A program made the translations under genes and the position numbers. A DNA stretch of 64,000 bases from positions 64,480,001 through 64,544,000 of the forward strand of contig NC_042997.1 in the NCBI RefSeq assembly GCF_006345805.1, read 5' to 3'. The notes under the pieces are model-generated. The model saw only the letters and a program-made list of their open reading frames with translations, had not been told where the DNA came from and did not search any database. Source of the stretch: Octopus sinensis (taxonomy: Eukaryota). Shown in pieces: positions 27,539 through 40,430 of this stretch (position 1 is its first letter; each line of letters opens with the position of its first letter).

Positions 27539-27952
27539 GGCGCAGGAGTGGCTGTGTGGTAAGTAGCTTGCTTACCAACCACATGGTTCCGGGTTCAGTC
27601 CCACTGCGTGGCACCTTGGGCAAGTGTCTTCTACTATAGCCTCGGGCCGCCCAAAGCCTTGTGAGTGGATTTGGTAGATGAAAACTGAAAGATGCCCGTC
27701 GTATATATGTATATATATATATATATACATATGTGTGTGTGTTTGTGTGTCTGTGTTTGTCCCCCTAGCATTGCTTGACAACCGATACTGGTGTGTTTAT
27801 GTCCCCGTCACTTAGCGGTTCGGCAAAAGAGACGGATAGAATAAGTACTGGGCTTACAAAAGAATAAGTCCTGGGGTCGAGTTGCTCGATTAAAGGCGGT
27901 ACTCCAGCATGGCCGCAGTCAAATGACTGAAACAAGCAAAAGAGTAAAAGAG
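27539..27952 (+). mobile_element. Full-length tRNA-derived SINE with CORE-like domain and internal (TA)/(TG) tract
   Basis: TGGCTGTGTGG A box, GGTTCAGTCCC B box, CCTTGGGCAAGTGTCTT core, tail ...GACTGAAACAAG(C/T)AAAAGAGTAAAAGAG; close copy at 52254-52661. Confidence 0.9.
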
Positions 27953-28015
<63 letters not shown>

Positions 28016-28247
28016 ATATATATATATTTATATAAATATATATATATACACGCACTATATTCATACATACATATATATATAGGTATATATATATATATAT
28101 ATATATATACGCATACATTCACACATATATACACATGTATTTATATTTTACGTATGGTTAAATAACTATGCATATATATGTATACATAATTTATATATGT
28201 TTGCATGTATATATATGTGTATATGTATATGTGTATATATGTGTATA

Positions 28248-28309
<62 letters not shown>

Positions 28310-28313
<4 letters not shown>

Positions 28314-28471
28314 CTTGTTGGCATCCTTTTTGCCTCGAGAGACAATGGAGTTCAACATAAAATAATCTAGTCGGCTTTTACATTTCATATCCGAATACAT
28401 CTGCTGTGGCTGTGTAGTCCTATCCGGGACAAACACTCCCCCCTGGCAGGTACCGCAAATGAGGCGAAGAC
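28310..28471 (+). mobile_element. Family D fragment between (TA)n tracts
   Basis: Aligns to 17825-17985 (TTGTTGGCATC...GGCAGGTACCG...GGCGAAGA). Confidence 0.8.
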
Positions 28472-29450
28472 TATATATATATGATGTGACATACGAAATC
28501 ATCACACACCCACTTACTTAAGTATATGTACTCACACAAACAAGTTCATTAAGTATATCAGCTCACATAAATGTATGACTGCAGTGTTGCACAAACCATT
28601 TCCCTTTTCCAGAGGAGGACTGTATTAGCATTTAAACGAGCCTTTCTTCTGTCATATTAACTCTTGCTTATTTCACCTCCTTTTTTGGTATACTGATCGA
28701 CGGCAATCAACATGGAAATATCAATGTCTTGGTGACACACATCTTGTATCTATTATAAAAGCTCTCAAATAACAGTCCCTATATAAAAACTATTGTCAGA
28801 AACGAGATAATTGGACGAATCAAATGTAAAAGTAATCGAAATAAAACTATTAGCTGGATAAACCCAACTTCTCCCCTTATTGCCGCGCAATAATCAAAAT
28901 ATATTCAAAATCTCCTTTAATGTTTAGAAACAATTTGCATCAGGAAATATCTGCAATTTATCTATCCGCGAAATCAAAAGTGCTCTCCGTTACTTGAGGA
29001 CAAAACCTACTCTTAGCTATCCCATACGAATCGAACCAAACGCAGAACCTTTCCCCAACGACTGCAAATAAAACGACCTAAAACCATGACGATTTACATT
29101 TAATTGCAGGACAAGAAATATTTTCCAAACAGTGTATGCTAATCTACTTATAATCCAGAGCTTACGTGCACCTCACCTTCAAACCCTTTGAGCTACACTA
29201 CTACAACCATACAAAAAAAGCTTTATTGGAGAGTTGATAAAATATAAATACATATACATACATACATATACACACACGCACACGCACATACATATATATA
29301 TAATATTCAATATGCAGGGTGAATACTTGATAGTTCTAAGCACCTGTTTATACCATTTAGTGGTGTAGGTGATAGAGTATATTAATCAAAATAAAAACAT
29401 GATCCAAAGGATTTAGCGGCTAAATCCTTTGAATCATGTTTTTATTTAGA

Positions 29451-29454
<4 letters not shown>

Positions 29455-29492
<38 letters not shown>

Positions 29493-29524
29493 CATATATA
29501 CCTACATATATATACGTATATACA

Positions 29525-29596
<72 letters not shown>

Positions 29597-29633
29597 GGAA
29601 AAGAGAAAGATATATATATATATATATATTATA

Positions 29634-29673
<40 letters not shown>

Positions 29674-29685
29674 GATGGATGGATG

Positions 29686-29781
<96 letters not shown>

Positions 29782-29782
29782 T
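29455..29782. repeat. Compound (TA)n-(TACA)n-(TGGA)n-(TAGA)n microsatellite
   Basis: Directly visible. Confidence 0.95.
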
Positions 29783-32700
29783 AAAACTGATATTCACCCG
29801 ACCTGTGAGAGCTACGTGATGAACAATTGAAGATTTATTCTTTCGTGCGTAACTGCTCTCTATATTTATTTGATCTGTCAATCTACCCTGAGCTGCATTC
29901 TATATTGCCGCTCTCTGTTCACACGATGGGACAATAATGCATATTTGGTGCGTTTAAATAGCTACTTGTGGTAAATAGAGCCACTCTGAATCATAACAGA
30001 GTTAACTTTATTGGCAAATCCCCATATAAGGAATTATAACACACGCTGAATTCTTCTATATTGAAAAAACATTTTGTATCGGTAAGTGTTATATCCTTAA
30101 ATCCTTAAAAATGTTTCAGCCGAAGGCTGTGGCGATGCTGGGGCACCAGAGATACAGAGGGAGAGAGGAACGAGACAATGGGAGGGGGGCCTAAATTAAT
30201 GATGTCGATCACTTATTCCCTGTAGAATGCGTGCAGCTACGTAAGTATCTGCTGCACTAGTGTGCTTTAGTAAATGAACGCAAAAACAGCTAAACCGATT
30301 GTTGTAGAACTACAGGTTTAACTGATGCTGAATATCAACGTTTTCAGACCTAAATGCACTCACTGTTTCTCTTTCTCTATTTCCTTCTGTCACTGCGTTT
30401 ATACGTTGTTGAATTATCAAACTTCATTAAAGAGGCGGGTAAGTGAAGGCTGTTATATGTAACTACATGTTATTCTATAAATAACATCTAAGCTGCTTGA
30501 AGTAATGATATGCAATATTTTTCCCCTTTTAAGAAACTTGGACATTTCGGATAGCATAGGGTTGTTTTCTAAGATAGGCACAACACCAGATAGAGAGAAA
30601 TGTCCATTATATCGATTCCAGTTTTCAACTTGTATTGTAACTGATGTTTTACTCTATAGACTTTGATACGATAACAAGTAAAATAATCGTCCTCAGCGAG
30701 AACTGAAACCACAATGGAAATAATCGGCAAATAAATACTGCTTTACAATGTTTTCAATGTTCTATAGTTTCTACCAATTCACCCAACTCATTTTTAAGTA
30801 TTAGATTACATTAGATTACAAGTAACTCTTCATAATCTAGGCCTTGTCAAGTGCTAGAAAACAAAAGCAACAACATGTTATTTCGGAAGTGGCCAACCGT
30901 ACACAATATGTCAATAACTGTATTTGTTCAGGTTGATGAAATGTTAAAAAACATTTGATTACTATCCGAGAGAAAAGCTACCATGAATTTGTAATGGAAG
31001 CTTCTACATGGTTATTTGAACATATTCTTTAAAGAAACATAACTAATAATGCACGGTCATATATCAGGTGCTCTTCTGTTTCTGCTAATCCATCGGCCGA
31101 TAATATGAATATAACAAAACATGAAATCACAGTATAGTTGAAGCCATAAGCACTTATAATAAAATGGAATTCTGGTGGAATGTCACAGTGAAAAGCTCAA
31201 CAAGGTATAAGTTCAATTATCCTGACGTAATGATTTGGGATAGAGAAGAGAAACCGTGTACAATTCGGGGTGAGGATTTGCACCTTCTTGTTGTTTGTTT
31301 ACATCTGACGTATCGATACGAAACATTGTAACAAAAATCAGTGATGGCTATAATTTCTATAGAACAGCTGTTGAAATAGCGTTAACAAAATAATGTAAAA
31401 AACACTGCTAACGCGGTACAACGTGATACTGACTTATAAACACATTTAATATATTTTATAGTATATTATGGTTGCATAACGAAATACCACGTATCTACAA
31501 ATCATTAGGTGTGATAGAAAGTCTTGGACGTGGTTATTTATATTAAAACAATAAAATATTTACTTTTAATGTACATAACAAGAAATAAATGGTACGATGG
31601 GTGCTTATTCTTTGGAGTTAATCGTTCGATGAAATCAGTGACAATTGTCATTATGTTGAATTACTTGTGCATTTTTATCTTCTTCCAAATGGAAAACTGT
31701 TGAAATATTCGTAGATTGTAAAAGAAATTCCTAATATATTTTAATCACATAATAATATCTTAAAATAATGACATCGTTCCTGATGCCTACAATATTCAGA
31801 TTACGATTTAATTTTTCATCAGTTCTCTCTTTGCATTACCCAACTCCCCCCCCCAAAAAAAAAATGGCTAATCAAACATCATTGCAGCTGATAAACTCTA
31901 CAATAAAAAGGGAATATTTAGAGTAAATGATGTTAGTCTCTCAGTGGATGCTTTATTTATATTCGTCTTTTTTTTCAAATAGGGAACTTATGCGCTATAC
32001 TTCATATATGAATAAAAGTAATTATATTACTGAACTTCCACAGCAAGTATGTGCATATTGCAGGGGTTCTCACGACATTTCTAGTAGTTTCAGACAATCT
32101 TTCTGTTGTTTGATGGTTTACTATTAAAATCCAGAATTCTCTGAGACTGATTATACTCTCAACATAGGTATTCTGTCAATACTAGCTGAATACGTAACAT
32201 GCGTTTGTTCTAATATTGACGGTGGTGATATAATCACAATTCACCTTGTTTTATCACTGGAAAGCGTCGAACGCTCAAAATCTAATTATACGAAAGAAAA
32301 CCATTGGGATTTAGAATCTACTTGGTGTCATTTTTCAATTGTATCTGTCACACAAAAATTCATTTGAACATGTTTATTTCAGACTTTCTGAGGATATGAA
32401 ACCCCAAAATTAAGAACTTTGTCATAATTTTCCGCGCGTCAGTGGTTTTGAAAATGAACCTCATTCCCCTTTTATTCAAATAGTAAATTTCAGTTCTCTG
32501 AAGAGTTTTGGAAAAATATTATATTTGTAACAAAATTCAAATTTTCTTAGATACTGTAGACGACATATTTCCTAGACAAGAGTATCATCATATATATACT
32601 TTGTAAATCTCCAAATAAGAAAAAAGAAAAACATTATGTAGATGAATGTACATCACTAAAAGTGTCAACATAGGCGTTACATCCAATTAAAGAAGCTTAT

Positions 32701-34184
32701 GAATATGATAAATACATATAAAGAGTCAAAGATTTGATATGTACAGTTAGATAAAGTTTGTCAGACTTCTTTATCAATAAGTATTTTATTTTGAAGTTCA
32801 GACATATCATCGACATGAAAAATTAGATCCATGAACCTTTGAAAATTATATTTTGATTTCCTTACATATACAACTAGGTTTTCTCCAAAGCATTAACTCA
32901 CTTCTCAAGATAGACTCACCTATGAGAGTTGCATTATATTCGTTCTAGTCGAAAATGTTATTCAATTGCAAAACAGCTGTGTCGTTACAACCACAGAATT
33001 ATGTTATTTAATTGATATCACATCAAAATCTTTGCAGAATTTTTAGAATACTTCCGATACACTAAATATTTACTACCGGTAAAATATGCGTCTACCAGAC
33101 CCCTGATAATTTGACAACCTGTTTAGAAACTACTTTCAATTTAAAAAAAAAAACTAGAATGGTGAGTGGTGCGGAAGATTGTTGATACTGCAGCAAACAA
33201 TATACGATGTCACACAGTAATTAGTTTCTTTCTTCGAATGTGAACAGTTCAATAAAGTAAAAAGAACGTCTTTGGCATTCACCAATTAAATTTGAAAAGA
33301 GACAAAAACGTTTACAAGAAATAAATGGAAAGAAAGGGAGAGAGAAAGAGAGACAGAGAGAGAGAGACCAATGTTAATCTGATCATTCAAATGCATGCAC
33401 TTCACGTAAATTATCGAAAATGGAAGCATTAAATGTGAATTGATATTCAGTTTGATTTTGAATTCAGATATTATAAAATAATTAATTACTCTACGCTAAT
33501 TAGTACTTCAGTCTAACAATGTCCCCAGACTCACATTCCTTTAGAATAAGGAATGGGACGAGACCCTGCTTCATGAATAATGAACTGGCGTAGTGATTTT
33601 AATAGGACTATGTTACTTATTTTAACAACTCCGTGATGATAAAATGTAAATGGCTGCCCAGAGTATTGAATAAATGGCAATGACAATCTAAGAAAAAGCT
33701 AATCGATAACAACAAACCACAAAAATTGGGGAGTTTGAAAAATAAACCGTAGTATGAATTAGTTCAACTTAAATAGATAGAATGAATGATTAACAATTTG
33801 CATATTCTTAATCACAAATGCGTTGTTTTTCTAAACATTATTGCTCTTATTCAAGTTATTAACAACAGAATGTCAATGTAATGCAAAATTCTTAGAGGGG
33901 GCAAACACATAGAATTTTTCAAGCGTAAAACAAAATATCCCGCATTTTTTGTTCTCCGCATTCTGGTGTCCAATCAAGCTACGATTAAATTTTCTAGTAG
34001 CGTATTTTGTGTCTACTCACAATATGCTCTGCTATTATTCTCTAGCATTTCCTTTCGCTGAAGAATAATTGTCTAATCTATGGTTATATTTCAATACAAT
34101 AACGATACATTGGGCGGTATATATGTCATCGTAATCGTTGGCTTCTCCCTCCCATCCTCCTCTTTCTTCTTCTTCTTCTTTCTC

Positions 34185-34272
34185 TTTCTTCTTCTTCTTC
34201 TTCTTCTTCTTCTTCTTGTTCTTCTTGTTCTTGTTCTTGTTCTTGTTCTTCTTCTTTTTCCTTCTTCTTCTT

Positions 34273-34300
<28 letters not shown>
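34185..34300. repeat. (TTC)n/(TTG)n microsatellite
   Basis: Directly visible. Confidence 0.95.
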
Positions 34301-34304
<4 letters not shown>

Positions 34305-36809
34305 GCTCTACAGACAAATTCATAGATTCTCTTAAAATTGTTACATCTGAATAAAAAAAAGCCATGGCTAGTGTGATGCAGGTGGCTTTTGTATTTTGGA
34401 ATTTAGACATAAGATGAAATTTTTATATAGATTTAGCATCATTTATTTGTGTTCATAGCACTTTCACAGCTTTCAGTTAATGAGGAAAACAAAAATTGTA
34501 TCAAATATAAATGTTTTATTCGAAATCGAAATAGCAAATGAAAAAGTTAAAAAAAGAAATGATTCACATGTTATTTTGATTAGACGCAATTTGCGTAGAA
34601 TCTAATTTATATATTTTTTTAATTATTATTTTATTCACTTTGGTGCATTTTGCTTGGAACTCCACCATAGTGTTAGACCTTTCATTAATTTGAAGAAAAA
34701 AACCAAGTGTTCCATCATCATAATGTAGTTCATATTATACACTATGCCTTCAATGTATTCAGTGCTTTTCATATCGAAGAAAAGAAACGCTTGTGTCATT
34801 TTCGGTTTGAAGCATTTTATAAAAAAAAAACGCAGAGGAATTTCAATATTTATTCATTATTTTTATGATGTATTCTTCTATTCTGATAAGTGTTCTTTTA
34901 TTCTTTGATACATTGCTCTCATCTCCTTCATCAATAAAGTATTTTTTCCTACTGGACTGTTACGCTGTTTCCGCCAACCTTGGAATAAATGCCAGTTAAG
35001 TGATATCACGCTGTCATTTTCAAGTGAATTAGCTTTTACGATTGTTTGCTTGCATCATTTTAGCATATTTATACGCACACGAACTCGCACGTACACACAC
35101 TAAAAAATGTATACCCATTACACACAAACGTATACCTTATCACGTGTGCACACACACACACATACACTCTGTCTCTCCCCTCCCTCTCTGTATCTATCTA
35201 TCTATTTATATATATATATACATATATATATTGTATATATAATATATATATATACATATACATTTATACATACATATATGCATATATATGTATACATATA
35301 TATATATACATACATACATATATATATATATTATATATATATATATATATACATATATATATTCATATATATGTATATATGTATATATAAGGAGAGAGAT
35401 AAATGCTAATACGAATGTACAATTACTCTCTTGTGCCTCCTTATTCTTTACCACGAACCATTATTTCTACGTTATTTAGTTATTCATTTATATATATTTA
35501 CAGCAGTTTCTGATTTTTATCTTTTCTGATTCTATTTTTTTTCTTAATACAATTTTTGTTTATTTTCCCCACCTCAGCATCAGACTAACTTTCTCATTAT
35601 TCATCCTTCTTCCTTTCTGTACTTGTCACTTTTTTATGGACGATTCCATTTTGAATTCTTTTTATTGACTTTTGCATAATCGTCTTTTCTTTTATTTCAA
35701 CCTCATTTATCGTAGTTGATCTTGTTTATTGTGTTTTACAGACCCCTGACAGTGCTTCAACTATTACATAATATCTTGAAGCTCTACGTTCGCATTAATA
35801 ATTTGTATATTCAGCCTCCCGATATATCTTTTCAATCTGCTGTATACAAATAAATGAATCGGTTAAAATGGGTGAAATTTGAAGCAGTGTATTTTTAGCT
35901 GAGCAGAATGTGAATTTATTTGTTGGGTGAAATACAACGATCTTTGCTAATCAAATAAATACGTATAACGATGACGATAATATGCATATTTTCGAATCTT
36001 ATATAGATCTGTTGAAATATTTTTCAGGAAAAGAACACAAACATTTATATAACATCTCTTTAAACTTACGCATCCTATTTCATGTCTATTACAACGAATA
36101 CGTATGTTGTATTTAATGGGTCCGGTAATCGAAACCTGTCTTCGGTATTTTGAAGTCCTATCCAATGCATATTCAGTCTTACATCCAGTTGGAAGTACTA
36201 CTTTGCCAGTAAATTAAGAGTGGATGTACAGTCCTTCGAAGATTTGAAAGTTTATCACAAAGCTTCAAGTAAAACTTAGACCCAGTATTAAAATATTCTA
36301 AAAATTATAAAAATACGCTGTAAGGAAATAATTTGTTGCCATACATTTATTGAATAACATTTATTGAATATACTGGTATATAAACAAGTAATGTCTTCAT
36401 ACCGGCTCGATAAAGCTTGTCATCTAATTCCGTTTACATTGAATACATAATACATTCACTACATTAAATTTCTGAAAAAGGAGAAAGTATTACAAATACT
36501 TTTTAAACTTCTCCTGTGGTTAGATTTATTTGAAGGAATAAATAGCGAGTGTTCGTTGAAAGGTCAACGCATATTCATCGCCTCTGCGGCTGTTTAGTTT
36601 ATTAAATAACCAAATTTCTCGTAGGTTTCTCTGCGATTCACCCACTTTAAAGGTTTCAAATATAGAGAATACTGAAGGCATTCGTAATTTACCTTTGAAT
36701 CCTACTTGAAATATTGTTTTGTGTAAAGTGTTGGTGTGAGATTTTCTGCTCTGATATAAATGAAAAAGATAATGATTCATTCTACATTGGTACGAGGCCA
36801 GCTATATTG

Positions 36810-37180
36810 AGAGGAGAGAGGAGTGAAGTCATTGCATCGACCCCGGTTGTCAATTAGTATTTATATTATCGGCTTCGAAAGGATGAAATGAAAAGTTGAG
36901 GTCGGTGGAATTTGAACATAGAAAGTAAAGAGTCAGACAATCTAAGTATTCTCTTTTTATAATAAACAAAAATCACAAACAATAATAATTTTTCAATGCA
37001 TAAAATTGCGGTGGCAGGTGAGCCGATTACACCAAACACAGTGCTTCATTGATCAATATTTCATCAATCACGAAAGGATTAAAAGGCGGAATCGACGTCG
37101 GATAAATCAGAAAGTAGAACAGAATATTGGAACAAAGCATTTTCTTCGAGGAGCTAACACTTTTACCAGTTCGACACCTT
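36810..37180 (-). mobile_element. Two old SINE fragments of the 41.0-kb family (36810-36940 and 37020-37180)
   Basis: CATCGACCCC, CGAAAGGATGAAA, GGTGGAATTTGAAC motifs on the reverse strand, highly diverged. Confidence 0.55.
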
Positions 37181-37219
37181 TAATGAGAACAATAACAATA
37201 ATAAAAATAATAATGATGC

Positions 37220-37305
<86 letters not shown>

Positions 37306-37424
37306 CGACGACGATGATGATGAAAGCGCAGTATGTCTTCATATTCTACTATTTATACTTCCTTCCCGAATTCTCAGTTTAATAAACGCACATGTTAGAG
37401 GAAAAGTTAAATCGTATATATATA

Positions 37425-37760
37425 ACTTAGATAACTTAGATTGGTTTTCGGCCTAGGCCATAACTGACTCAATAGCACCACCTTAATTTTTTCGGGACAC
37501 CGAAATTATTTCGGGATACCATGGACCACTCAAGCAGAGACTTGTTGTTGGTTAAGACGTATCCAGGAGGTTTCTCCGGTATTTCCTGGAGGAATTTGTC
37601 GAGGAAACGTTTGAATGTTGTGGAAGCTTTTTCTACTTTTGGTACAACATTGAAAAGTGCAGGAACATTTGCAGTGAAGAAATTGCGTCGCAATGTTCTT
37701 ATATGATGTTATCTCGACCTTTATAGGGGGAAAATTGCACGGGGCCTACTCTTGAGTGAA
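37425..37760 (-). mobile_element. 3' end of a CR1/L2-group LINE
   Basis: RRNFFTANVPALFNVVPK...FKRFLDKFLQEIPEKPPGY..NNKSLLEW matches the CR1-group ORF2 C-terminus; ends in a duplicated (ATCTAAGTT) tail. Confidence 0.7.
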
Positions 37761-38269
37761 TTGTAAATATAATACCAGTATCATTTGGATAATATCGGTG
37801 AAATGTTTTCCACATGGTGTAAATAATGTATTACCGATCACGGCGGTGTTGCAGAGAATAGAGCTTCAGCCGTTCGAGTTGAGCCCAATAATGAAGTCCC
37901 ATCATGCCATTTATTTATTTATTCTTTTGTGTGTGTGATCGATCTTTGTATATCATTTAGCTCTTATGGAGTTTAATTTTCGGTACTGTTACTTTCCACA
38001 CTCTGAATATACAATGATTGGTTCAGGTTCTACAAAGTGGGGCATATTGAGAAGCGGTTATCCACCATAAAACACATGGTTTCACTTTCAGAAAAAATCC
38101 AGTAAGAACGGTAAACAAAGGGATAAAAACGTCAAAGGAAATATTGGAATAAAAAAATAGAAATATAGATGTAAAGGAATTAAAAGCTTGCCTATTTGAG
38201 TCGAAATTAATATGGTTAGTGCAATTAATTCAAAGCTAAAACTGTGTGACACAGCATGCTTAATTTAGA

Positions 38270-38670
38270 GGGAGAGTTATTTTCCAGGCCAATTCGATAC
38301 AAGAATCTTCTCCAGTTGTGTACAGTTAATGCAAATTACAAATCCAGAGTCAGTAGATGAGTTCTTATAACTAAAAAAGTATATGCATTTTTTCTGCCGG
38401 ACAGAGCCATTAAATTATCGCGTGGATCACGCATTGTGTTAGCAGTGTTTTGCATGTTTTGGGTGGTGTACTATTGAAAATCAGGTCCCAGATATGTTTA
38501 GCTAACTTCGTGATTTTCTTCTTACAGAGATGCCTGAAACAATTTTTTCTGTTAATAAATCGTATTCTGAAAATAGTTGCTTGGGGCAGTAAATGTTTGT
38601 TTGTAAACACGAGAAGTGAAACAATTTCTGTTTTATAAATTATCCCTCTGAAGGTCTTAAATTTCAAAAC
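38270..38670 (-). pseudogene. Decayed Penelope-type GIY-YIG endonuclease
   Basis: GIIYKTEIVS...FRIRFINRKNCFRH..KKKITKLAKHIWDL; after a frameshift, LCPAEK..I and C...EKILVSN follow. This matches the PLE pattern VIYK...FK.RF.NHK.SF.H...T.LSKHIW.L...C.LC..EK...KCRH..KFLL.N. Confidence 0.6.
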
Positions 38671-38950
38671 TAATTATGATCTCTGGATGAAGGTCTCTAC
38701 TCATGAAATACTGATACACGCGACGTGAAGTGAGTCAATCTATATATATATATATATATATATAATATATTATATAAAAGGGCTTAGTAAAATAAATTAC
38801 TTTGCCGCATACTGAACTCATTAGAAATAGCAGCCAAAAAACTTTTTTAAAGCTATTTCTAATACTTAAAGAAAATCTCTCTCATATATAGTGTTTGCTT
38901 AATTCAACTCACAAAAGTTTGGGGGTAAGGACATTGAAAAATCAAATGCT

Positions 38951-39022
38951 AAGGTTATTTGAGAACGTACGTTTCAAGATTAGTCAAAAACAACACTTCT
39001 ATCATCAGCTCAGAAATTCCTT
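38951..39022 (-). ncRNA. Type I hammerhead motif, inverted copy
   Basis: Exact reverse complement of 39504-39575. Confidence 0.6.
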
Positions 39023-39503
39023 GGTTTGGATTTGGAAACACTGAAAATAAGAACATACCCTTTCGAAGATCTGCTCATAACTAACAGTGCCAACAAATTC
39101 AAATAAGCAAGCGAAGAATCTCTGTTCTCCCCTTTCCACCAGCGTGGGTTAAAAACATCAAACACTATGCTTATTTCGGTAAAATCCGAAGCATTAATCA
39201 GAGGGAGATTAATTATAATTTCAACAATTGAATGGTCCCTTTGCATACTGAACACTTGGTGAAATTGATTAATAATTAATTAATTTTGCCCTCAATTGTT
39301 GAAATTATAATTAATCTCCCTCTGATTAATGCTTCGGATTTTACCGAAATAAGCATAGTGTTTGATGTTTTAACCCACGCTGGTGGAAAGGGGAGAAGAG
39401 AACAGAGATCTTCGCTTGCTTATTTGAATTTGTTGGCACTGTTAGTTATGAGCAGATCTTCGAAAGGGTATGTTCTTATTTTCAGTGTTTCCAAATCCAA
39501 ACC

Positions 39504-39575
39504 AAGGAATTTCTGAGCTGATGATAGAAGTGTTGTTTTTGACTAATCTTGAAACGTACGTTCTCAAATAACCTT
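39504..39575 (+). ncRNA. Type I hammerhead motif (CUGAUGA core, palindromic stem III, GUU site at 39562)
   Basis: AAGG-AAUUUC-UGAG-CUGAUGA-U AGA AGU..ACU AA UCU U-GAAA-CGUACG-U-U-CUCA-AAUAA-CCUU; stem II is closed by an atypical U.U pair. Confidence 0.6.
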
Positions 39576-40046
39576 AGCATTGAATTTTTCAATGTCCTTA
39601 CCCCCAAACTTTTGTGAGTTGAATTAAGCAAACACTATATATGAGAGAGATTTCTTTAAGTATTAGAAATAGCTTTAAAAAAGTTTTTTGGCTGCTATTT
39701 CTAATGAGTTCAGTATGCGGCAAAGTAATTTATTTTACTAAGCCTTTTATATAATGTAATATTTGAATTCGCCTTGAATGGTCCCTTTGCATACTGAACA
39801 CTTGGTGAAATTGATTAATAATTAATTAATTTTGCCCTCAATTGTTGAAATTATAATTAATCTCCCTCTGATTAATGCTTCGGATTTTACCGAAATAAGC
39901 ATAGTGTTTGATGTTTTTAACCCACGCTGGTGGAAAGGGGAGAACAGAGATTCTTCGCTTGCTTATTTGAATTTGTTGGCACTGTTAGTTATGAGCAGAT
40001 CTTCGAAAGGGTATGTTCTTATTTTCAGTGTTTCCAAATCCAAACC

Positions 40047-40118
40047 AAGGAATTTCTGAGCTGATGATAGAAGTGTTGTTTTTGACTAATCTTGAAACGT
40101 ACGTTCTCAAATAACCTT
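40047..40118 (+). ncRNA. Type I hammerhead motif, second tandem copy (site at 40105)
   Basis: Identical to 39504-39575, 543 nt downstream. Confidence 0.6.
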
Positions 40119-40390
40119 AGCATTTGATTTTTCGATGTCCTTACCCCCAAACTTTTGTGAGTTGAATTAAGCAAACACTATATATGAGAGAGATTTCTTT
40201 AAGTATTAGAAATAGCTTTAAAAAAGTTTTTTGGCTGCTATTCCAATGAGTTCAGTATGCGGCAAAGTAATTTATTTTACTAAGCCCTTTTATATAATGT
40301 AATAATTTGAATTCGCCTTGAATGGTCCCTTTGCATACTGAACACTTGGTGAAATTGATTAATAATAATTAATTTTGCCCTCAATTGTTG

Positions 40391-40430
<40 letters not shown>

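Larger units (their letters stand above)
38769..40397 (+). mobile_element. HHR-bearing ~544-bp tandem repeat (2.1 units) preceded by a 463-bp inverted copy, flanked by (TA)n
   Basis: Units start at 39228, 39774 and 40318; 38769-39231 is the reverse complement of 39292-39755; junction microhomology TTGA; copies differ by only a few nt. Confidence 0.9.

Noticed and set aside
39228-40397. Tandem array as CRISPR or a coding repeat (76-81 aa ORFs)
   Set aside because: No repeat-spacer pattern; the ORFs are frameshifted between near-identical copies
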